The position numbers and the translations under genes were made by a program. A DNA stretch of 43,689 bases from the IMG/VR virus record IMGVR_UViG_3300045988_038444, positions 1-43,689 of that record; one strand, written 5' to 3'. Numbering within the stretch: the first letter of the stretch is position 1; each line of letters opens with the position of its first letter. The stretch comes from a virus (Duplodnaviria; Heunggongvirae; Uroviricota; Caudoviricetes). Under the pieces are notes generated by a model. It had not been told where the DNA came from and made no database searches. It worked only from the letters and a program-made list of their open reading frames with translations. This document shows, in pieces, positions 1 to 6,191 of this stretch.

Positions 1-105
1 CCTGTAGCAGCGCCTACACCAGCGGCAGCACCTGTAGCAGCGCCTACACCAGCGGCAGCACCTGTAGCAGCGCCTACACCAGCGGCAGCACCTGTAGCAG
101 CGCCT
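1..105 (+). repeat. Coding tandem repeat, 30-bp unit cctgtagcagcgcctacaccagcggcagca x3 plus a partial fourth copy
   Basis: Three exact 30-bp copies at 1-90 and a diverged partial copy after; in frame 1 they encode PVAAPTPAAA repeats. Confidence 0.9.
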
Positions 106-249
106 GTGAAGGTGATGACTGAAAAAGCAGGTGGTGTAACTTACGAACAGTTTATTGCGCAAGGTTGGAACGATGAACAACTGATCGCTAACGGTTATAT
201 GGTAATGACCACCCCGGCCCCGAATTTTCTCAACGGTAACGGTTACTGA
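1..249 (+). CDS. 3' part of a Pro/Ala-rich repeat protein (5' end lies outside or across the window edge)
   Basis: Frame 1 is open from nt 1 to TGA at 247-249; encodes (PVAAPTPAAA)x3 then KVMTEKAGGVTYEQFIAQGWNDEQLIANGYMVMTTPAPNFLNGNGY. Not in ORF track because no start in window. Confidence 0.5.
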   Translation, partial: PVAAPTPAAAPVAAPTPAAAPVAAPTPAAAPVAAPVKVMTEKAGGVTYEQFIAQGWNDEQLIANGYMVMTTPAPNFLNGNGY

Positions 250-289
250 TAGTTACTGGAACTGGGACGACATACCGCTTTAAACAGAC

Positions 290-312
290 ATGGGGCCATA
301 GTGCCCCATTTA
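290..312 (+). promoter_or_regulatory. Conserved 17-nt element ccatagtgccccattta (copy 1), with 7-bp hairpin atggggc/gccccat
   Basis: Sits 16 nt upstream of ATG 328; same 17-mer recurs at 595-611 upstream of the next gene. Confidence 0.3.
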
Positions 313-327
313 TCAACGAGGTATAAA

Positions 328-582
328 ATGAATCAAGAACAATTTGTACAAGAACAAGAAATGTTTGAAAAATTATCTTTAGAAGACCAATTGTCATACG
401 TAAAGAAACACGGAGTGATTCAAAAAAGATTTAATAGCGTTTTAAGAACTTCCCGTGAAAATTTTGGTAAATTTTATTTCGCGTATGAAGTGCAAAACGG
501 TTATGGGTGGCGATTTGCACGCGCTTCTACAAAAGAAGAAAGTGATCGGTTATATAATGAATGGGTCAATAAGCGTTCATAA
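328..582 (+). CDS. Hypothetical protein
   Basis: Track ORF 301..582; start moved to internal ATG 328 (MNQEQFVQ...) preceded by gagg and matching the arrangement of the next gene. Confidence 0.5.
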   Translation: MNQEQFVQEQEMFEKLSLEDQLSYVKKHGVIQKRFNSVLRTSRENFGKFYFAYEVQNGYGWRFARASTKEESDRLYNEWVNKRS

Positions 583-594
583 CTGAAAACGGGA

Positions 595-611
595 CCATAG
601 TGCCCCATTTA
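595..611 (+). promoter_or_regulatory. Conserved 17-nt element ccatagtgccccattta (copy 2)
   Basis: Exact 17-nt repeat of 296-312; 18 nt upstream of ATG 629. Confidence 0.3.
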
Positions 612-628
612 CTTATCAGGGTTTTATT

Positions 629-2485
629 ATGTCAGATGCTTACGTTCACGATATTGAAAACTATCCTAATGTTTTTCTGTTCGGTGCTATTCACGCGTTA
701 ACTGAAACACCTTATATTTTTGAGATTTCACATCGTCGCGATGATCGTCAGGCTTTTTACCTGTTCACAGAATATTTGCGTGAACATCGTGCTGAAGAAG
801 TTGGTTATAACAATCTGGGTTACGACTATCCTGTTCAGCATTCTATTTTGAACAACATCATGTATATCACCAACGCAGACATTTACAAAAAAGGTGATTC
901 GATAATTAACGCTGGTGATGAAAATCGTTTTGCTCATATGGTGTGGGAAAAAGACTGGATAGTTCCCCAACTTGATTTGTATAAAATTCATCATTTCGAC
1001 AATCAGGCAAAACGAACAAGTCTGAAAACACTTGAATTCAATATGAGAATGGAAAACATTGAAGACCTTCCGTTTACCCCAGGGACTTATTTAACCGATT
1101 CTCAAATTGATACGCTTCGTCAATATCTGATACACGATTTGAAAGCGACTTTGATGTTTTATAAACACAGTAAAAAGCTGATAGATTTTCGTCGTGAACT
1201 TTCTGCTAAATACGGTCGTAATTTCATGAACCATAATGACACGAAAATCGGTAAAGACTATTTCATTATGGAACTTGAAAAATCAGGTATTCAATGTTTC
1301 GAACCGTGTAGCAGAAAACCACGACAGACGCACAGACCATCAATCGCATTGAACAGTGTGATTTTCCCTTATGTCCGTTTTGAACAGCCTGAATTTAATC
1401 GTGTTCTTAACTGGTTACGTCAGCAGGTCATCACTGAAACAAAAGGTGTATTTACAGATTTAAGCGCAGACATTAACGGGTTCTCGTTTGATTTTGGTAC
1501 GGGTGGTATCCACGGGTCTATTGAATCTCAAACTATCAGGTCCACTGAAAATTATGTGATCATCGATCTGGACGTTGCCAGTTTTTACCCGAACCTTGCG
1601 ATCAGTAATGAACTTTATCCGGCACATCTGGGAAAACAATTTTGCACCATTTATAAAAATGTTTACGACATGCGTTCCAGTTACCCGAAAGGTACACCAG
1701 AAAATGCAATGTTAAAACTGGCGTTAAACGGTGTGTATGGTGACAGTAATAACGTATACAGTCCATTCTACGATCCTGCTTATACAATGGCTATTACGAT
1801 TAATGGACAGTTACTTTTGTGCATGTTGGCTGAAGAACTTCTGAAAATCCCTGGTTTGTCCATGATCCAGGCTAACACAGATGGTCTTACGGTTTACGTA
1901 CCACGAGTGTTTACCGGACAAGTAGAACAGGTTCGTCACGCGTGGGAAAAATTAACCAGACTCCAGCTTGAAGAAGCGATTTATGACGTGATGTTTATTC
2001 GCGATGTAAATAATTACATCGCTGTTTATGAAGGCGGTAAGAAAGTTAAACGTAAAGGCGCTTATTGTCACAGTGTTGATCTGGGTTGGCATCAAAACCA
2101 CAGTATGCAGGTTGTTGCAAAAGCGGCTGAAGCAGCACTGGTACACAATAAAGACATTCATGATTTTATAACATCACACGAAGACATTCACGATTTCATG
2201 TTAGTGACGAAAGTACCGCGTAACAGCAAGTTATTATGGGGTGATAAACAGGTTCAGAACATTACCCGTTATTACGTCAGTACAGATGGTGCACCTTTGA
2301 CAAAAGTCATGCCACCGCTGGCAAAATCACTGAAACTGAACCCTGATGCGCCTGAACGCCGCATGTCCGTGTGCAAAGGTTGGTTGACCACTGAGTGCAA
2401 CGACATGAAACGTTTTAACCGGGCAACGCTAAATTATGATTTTTACATCAAAGAAGCTGAAAAACTCGTTGCACCACTTCGGTAA
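629..2485 (+). CDS. Family B DNA polymerase, compact phi29-like (protein-primed type) with 3'-5' exonuclease motifs
   Basis: 618 aa. Motifs read directly: HDIENYP (Exo I DxE), YLIHDLKA (Exo III-like), DLDVASFYPNL (motif A, Dx2SLYPS-like), KLALNGVYGDS (motif B, Kx3NSxYG-like), ANTDGLTV (motif C-like). Confidence 0.7.
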   Translation: MSDAYVHDIENYPNVFLFGAIHALTETPYIFEISHRRDDRQAFYLFTEYLREHRAEEVGYNNLGYDYPVQHSILNNIMYITNADIYKKGDSIINAGDENRFAHMVWEKDWIVPQLDLYKIHHFDNQAKRTSLKTLEFNMRMENIEDLPFTPGTYLTDSQIDTLRQYLIHDLKATLMFYKHSKKLIDFRRELSAKYGRNFMNHNDTKIGKDYFIMELEKSGIQCFEPCSRKPRQTHRPSIALNSVIFPYVRFEQPEFNRVLNWLRQQVITETKGVFTDLSADINGFSFDFGTGGIHGSIESQTIRSTENYVIIDLDVASFYPNLAISNELYPAHLGKQFCTIYKNVYDMRSSYPKGTPENAMLKLALNGVYGDSNNVYSPFYDPAYTMAITINGQLLLCMLAEELLKIPGLSMIQANTDGLTVYVPRVFTGQVEQVRHAWEKLTRLQLEEAIYDVMFIRDVNNYIAVYEGGKKVKRKGAYCHSVDLGWHQNHSMQVVAKAAEAALVHNKDIHDFITSHEDIHDFMLVTKVPRNSKLLWGDKQVQNITRYYVSTDGAPLTKVMPPLAKSLKLNPDAPERRMSVCKGWLTTECNDMKRFNRATLNYDFYIKEAEKLVAPLR

Positions 2486-2524
2486 ACCGTATAGAATTAT
2501 TTAAAACTTATTGAGGCGATAACA

Positions 2525-3061
2525 ATGCATACTTCACACAAATTTGTAACTGGTTCACCGATTGGTGTCTTTACTCCCGGTAAAATTTACAACCGTGTTG
2601 ACGGGTTCACCCGTGACGGTCGTTCCCGTGGTTTTTATATTGATGACCGTGGTGAATTCCGTTTAACAGATGATGATATGTTCGAACCTGCAGAACAGAT
2701 CCAACTGCGTTTACCACAGATGCCAATGTTTCCGGCCCGTCAGGAACGTCTTAAACTGGCTGCACGCTGGGGAACGTCTGAAATCAGTATCAGTAACTGG
2801 TACAAAGTTGATGACCTGATGAAACCGTGGCGCATCGGTGACGCTATCTGTGGTACTCGTGTTCTTACAGAACCTAATACAACGACGTTTAAACCCGGTG
2901 AACTGGCTGAACTGGCTAATTCCCGTGGTTATCTGCTGTCAGAATTATCCGTTCGTTGGGGGTGGCATTATGGATGTGAAACTTTACACACTATCAGCAT
3001 GGATCCGCGTCGTGTTGCGCTTATCTGGGATATGTTAGAAGGAATGAATCGTCATGACTGA
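2525..3061 (+). CDS. Hypothetical protein
   Basis: 178-aa ORF, ATG start, packed in plus-strand operon. Confidence 0.5.
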   Translation: MHTSHKFVTGSPIGVFTPGKIYNRVDGFTRDGRSRGFYIDDRGEFRLTDDDMFEPAEQIQLRLPQMPMFPARQERLKLAARWGTSEISISNWYKVDDLMKPWRIGDAICGTRVLTEPNTTTFKPGELAELANSRGYLLSELSVRWGWHYGCETLHTISMDPRRVALIWDMLEGMNRHD

Positions 3062-3401
3062 TTACAGTAAGATGGATGATAGAGATATTGATCGCCTTGT
3101 TTTGAAAGTTATTTACGGTGTTCATGCTGACGATAAAGATATCCAAGGTTGTTGGTCACGGGGCGGTTTCAAATATACCACTAATCCGACTGACGCAATG
3201 CCGATTATTATTGAAAATAAAATTAGTATTGTTTCAACAGATTCATCGTGGATCGCTTTACCTGACAATGCTGCTATTGATGGAATTACTGGTGATGCGA
3301 CAGAAATGATTTATGCGGATGACTCATGTGTTATTCACGCTAACCCACTCCGTGCCGCAATGATTGTGTTCTTACAGATGCAGGAAAACAACCATGATTA
3401 A
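3054..3401 (+). CDS. Hypothetical protein
   Basis: 115-aa ORF overlapping neighbours by a few nt (coupled arrangement). Confidence 0.45.
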   Translation: MTDYSKMDDRDIDRLVLKVIYGVHADDKDIQGCWSRGGFKYTTNPTDAMPIIIENKISIVSTDSSWIALPDNAAIDGITGDATEMIYADDSCVIHANPLRAAMIVFLQMQENNHD

Positions 3402-3744
3402 ACTCTGTTACATTGCCGGGCCTTATCGTGCTGATTGTGCGCTTAAAACATCCCGTAACGTGTCGCGCGCTGAACAGGCAGGTAAACGACTTGCTTTACA
3501 ACGTCCGGGGTGGTTCCCGGTTATCCCTCACAAGAACACCGAATTGTGGGACTTTGACGGCGGTTTACGCAATATACAACCCGAATACTACTTGTCAGGC
3601 ACATTAGAAGTTATGCGCCGTTGTGATGCCGTTCTGGTACTTCCTGATTATCGTCGTTCGTCCGGGACTATTGCGGAAATTGCAGAAGCTGAACGTCTGG
3701 GTATTCCTGTGTATTACAGTGTGGAGAGTATCCCACATGGTTGA
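3394..3744 (+). CDS. Nucleoside 2-deoxyribosyltransferase-like protein (DUF1937/DUF4406-type fold)
   Basis: Start taken at internal ATG 3394 (MIKLCYIAGPYRA...). N-terminal IAGPY motif and C-terminal SSGTIAEIAEAERLGIPV resemble the NDT family catalytic Glu motif. Confidence 0.45.
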   Translation: MIKLCYIAGPYRADCALKTSRNVSRAEQAGKRLALQRPGWFPVIPHKNTELWDFDGGLRNIQPEYYLSGTLEVMRRCDAVLVLPDYRRSSGTIAEIAEAERLGIPVYYSVESIPHG

Positions 3745-4516
3745 TGTTAAGTTATTTAATCAAGATTGTTTGTTCATGATGAACTTCATTACTGAAAAAT
3801 CTATTGATTTAATTCTTACAGATCCTCCGTATGGTACAACTGCTTGCAAATGGGATTCGATAATAGATTTAGATTTAATGTGGTCAAATTTAAATCGAAT
3901 CATTACGGATAAAGGGGCAATCGTTCTTACGGCAACACAACCATTTGCAAGTATTTTAGTAAATTCAAACATCAAAATGTTTAAATACGATTGGGTGTGG
4001 AATAAATCAAAACGAACTGATTTTGTAAGAGCAAAACTAAAACCAATGGGTGGTCACGAAAGCGTTTTGGTTTTCAGTAAAGGTTCTGTTGCGAATGGTG
4101 CATCTTCAATGATGAACTATTACCCACAAGGTTTGAAACGTATTAATAAAGTAGCTAAAAACGGCGGCGGTGGTTCTGGTTTTTTGGGTCGTAATGGTGA
4201 AAATTTAGGACCAAATAACAAGCTACACAAACCTACGTATATTCAAGAATTTACAGGATACCCATGCACTCAATTGAATATTCAGAGTGAGAATAAAACA
4301 GTTCATCCCACGCAAAAACCTGTAGAGTTAATGGAATATCTTATTTTAACTTACACAAAAGAAGGTGATACGGTTTTAGATTTCACAATGGGTAGTGGAA
4401 CAACAGGTGTTGCTGCCGTGAAAACTAATCGTAATTTTATCGGTATAGAGTTAGATAAAGAATATTTCGAAATTGCTAATAAACGTATTAATTTGGCATT
4501 GATGGGTATTTACTAA
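3737..4516 (+). CDS. DNA methyltransferase, beta-class N6-adenine/N4-cytosine type (DPPY ... FxGxG order)
   Basis: Start at ATG 3737 overlapping the upstream stop; motif IV DPPYG near N-terminus, motif I LDFTMGSGTTGVAA near C-terminus. Confidence 0.85.
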   Translation: MVDVKLFNQDCLFMMNFITEKSIDLILTDPPYGTTACKWDSIIDLDLMWSNLNRIITDKGAIVLTATQPFASILVNSNIKMFKYDWVWNKSKRTDFVRAKLKPMGGHESVLVFSKGSVANGASSMMNYYPQGLKRINKVAKNGGGGSGFLGRNGENLGPNNKLHKPTYIQEFTGYPCTQLNIQSENKTVHPTQKPVELMEYLILTYTKEGDTVLDFTMGSGTTGVAAVKTNRNFIGIELDKEYFEIANKRINLALMGIY

Positions 4517-4531
4517 CAAAGAGGATTGCTT

Positions 4532-4765
4532 ATGTCCACAATCGTTGAATTCAACCCTATGGATCCTGCTAAACGCCCGACAGGACGCTTTGCAAGATTG
4601 CCACAAACACGCGAACAGTTTTTTCCATTGTTAAACATGCGAGGGATTAAAACAGACCCACACGGGTTGATAGGAACATCCTTGTTTATGTACCGGACTG
4701 AATATCCGGTTCCTGCATCGTGGATTGAAGTATCGGTTGAAGATTTACTTAAGACTGTCTACTAA
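4532..4765 (+). CDS. Hypothetical protein
   Basis: Track ORF 4526..4765; ATG 4532 follows aagagga. Confidence 0.4.
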   Translation: MSTIVEFNPMDPAKRPTGRFARLPQTREQFFPLLNMRGIKTDPHGLIGTSLFMYRTEYPVPASWIEVSVEDLLKTVY

Positions 4766-4993
4766 CGCATTATGCATAGTTGCACATTTGAAATAAATAT
4801 CTAACCACTGGTCATTAACATCTGTTGAATCATTTCCTGTCAGACCGTTCAGCCGTGGAAGGTTTTCGGTCTGACACTTCTGAACTAATGCGGCCTGATA
4901 AACGGGCTTCTGCTTCGGTAACTCGTTCGTTGTACAGGCGTTGATATTCAGAAGTAAGACACTCATTACGAAAAACAGTATTAGTCTTTTCAT
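4745..4993 (-). CDS. Putative o-spanin (Rz1-like outer-membrane lipoprotein), start embedded in the i-spanin gene
   Basis: N-terminal signal-like MKRLILFFVMSVLLLNINAC with Cys after hydrophobic core; overlaps the 3' part of ORF 4830..5228 in another frame. Confidence 0.45.
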   Translation of the reverse strand: MKRLILFFVMSVLLLNINACTTNELPKQKPVYQAALVQKCQTENLPRLNGLTGNDSTDVNDQWLDIYFKCATMHNALVDSLK

Positions 4994-5228
4994 GTCGTAT
5001 TTCCACGATTTTAGTATTCTGTGACCAGCCAGCTAAACCACGAAGTACATCATCCGCCAGTTCCTGTTGTGCCTTTAACCGTTGTTGTTCCCGTTGTGCA
5101 TCGTCTAAACGTTCCTGACGTTCTTCATTTACCCGTACTTTATATCCCGCGTGGTAACACGTATACGCACCTACGCTTAACACAAGAACGGTCGCAACAA
5201 CGGTGATTAACACACTACGGGTTGTCAT
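4830..5228 (-). CDS. Putative i-spanin (Rz-like)
   Basis: N-terminal TMD (VLITVVATVLVLSVGAY) then charged coiled-coil-like region; position in lysis cassette. Confidence 0.5.
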   Translation of the reverse strand: MTTRSVLITVVATVLVLSVGAYTCYHAGYKVRVNEERQERLDDAQREQQRLKAQQELADDVLRGLAGWSQNTKIVEIRHEKTNTVFRNECLTSEYQRLYNERVTEAEARLSGRISSEVSDRKPSTAERSDRK

Positions 5229-5445
5229 TTGGCGTACCTCGTTGTTTATCTACAGCGATTTTTTTAGCACCAACATACTGACCTATACAGAAACCGAAAT
5301 AGGTTAACAACACTGTATCATCAAGTGTGCGGTCCACGGCCTGGTAAATCAGAATGCCTGTTACCACGAGGAAGCCTAAAGCCGCTTGTGCGCGGCTTAA
5401 AGAGATCCCCCCGGTTGTGTTACGTAATATACTGAATTTATCCAT
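5215..5445 (-). CDS. Small membrane protein, holin or antiholin candidate
   Basis: Start taken at internal Met (MDKFSIL...); hydrophobic segments ALGFLVVTGILIY and LLTYFGFCIG; next to endolysin. Confidence 0.4.
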   Translation of the reverse strand: MDKFSILRNTTGGISLSRAQAALGFLVVTGILIYQAVDRTLDDTVLLTYFGFCIGQYVGAKKIAVDKQRGTPNDNP

Positions 5446-5455
5446 GATTGTTATC

Positions 5456-5845
5456 TCACGCGGGATATTTCGCATGTGGTAACTGGAAGTGTGGACCATC
5501 TTTCAGTGTTTTCCAGTCACCACCCCATTCAACAGGGATATTCAGTTCTTTTGCAGCCTGTTTAAATGCAGTGGCAATTTGTTCGTAATACTTCCACTCC
5601 CACGACCCGGCAGATGTAGGATAAGCAAATACATCCACGGCGTGACCCGAAATATGGCGACTGTTCATCGTCTGACTTTTACCTGCAGCAACCAGTTGTC
5701 GTTGTCGTTCAACAGTTCGTAAACCTTCTGTGATACCGAAATCAACGGGTGATAACTGAAGTGCCCGACGCACGATTTTCACAAGATCTGAATTAACCCC
5801 TTTCAGATTATTTTCACTTCTCTGACTGAATTTAAAGTTACTCAT
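5456..5845 (-). CDS. Endolysin, L-alanyl-D-glutamate peptidase (peptidase M15, T5 Lys-like)
   Basis: 129 aa; ISGHAVDVF and WGGDW...DGPHFQL motifs typical of T5-type M15 endolysins. Confidence 0.8.
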   Translation of the reverse strand: MSNFKFSQRSENNLKGVNSDLVKIVRRALQLSPVDFGITEGLRTVERQRQLVAAGKSQTMNSRHISGHAVDVFAYPTSAGSWEWKYYEQIATAFKQAAKELNIPVEWGGDWKTLKDGPHFQLPHAKYPA

Positions 5846-6165
5846 TGCTTACTCCCGGTTTTACGTTGTTCCGCTTTCAAACCTTCAATAACAACTTTCA
5901 GGTCATTTGTTGACTGTGTTAGCTCTTTAACACTGGTGAGGATTTCAGCGTTCTGTGTTGCCTGATATTCAATTTTGATATCATGGACATCTACACGGGA
6001 TTCCACTCGTTTTGCCAGATTGAGCGCCTCGTGCGCATAGGTTTTTGCATCTACAATATCTTTTTCATTAGAATTGATTTGGTTTTGAGTTACCCCGTAA
6101 CCTACCAACCCCGTGGCAACAAATGCTATTATAGGCCAATACCTCAACACTGGGTTATCAGACAT
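5842..6165 (-). CDS. Membrane protein with N-terminal TMD and coiled-coil region (holin candidate)
   Basis: WPIIAFVATGLVGYGV hydrophobic segment; immediately upstream of endolysin with 4-nt overlap. Confidence 0.4.
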   Translation of the reverse strand: MSDNPVLRYWPIIAFVATGLVGYGVTQNQINSNEKDIVDAKTYAHEALNLAKRVESRVDVHDIKIEYQATQNAEILTSVKELTQSTNDLKVVIEGLKAEQRKTGSKQ

Positions 6166-6191
6166 TGTTCTACACTCCTGGAGACTTAAAG

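Noticed and set aside
1-105. Tandem direct repeats at both window ends and at 27105-27218 as possible CRISPR arrays
   Set aside because: Units are contiguous with no spacers, are 21 or 30 bp multiples of three, and sit in open reading frames encoding Pro-rich heptads; no cas genes.
3623-3736. N-terminal extension of the methyltransferase ORF
   Set aside because: It overlaps most of the upstream gene; ATG 3737 overlaps the upstream stop in the usual coupled arrangement.
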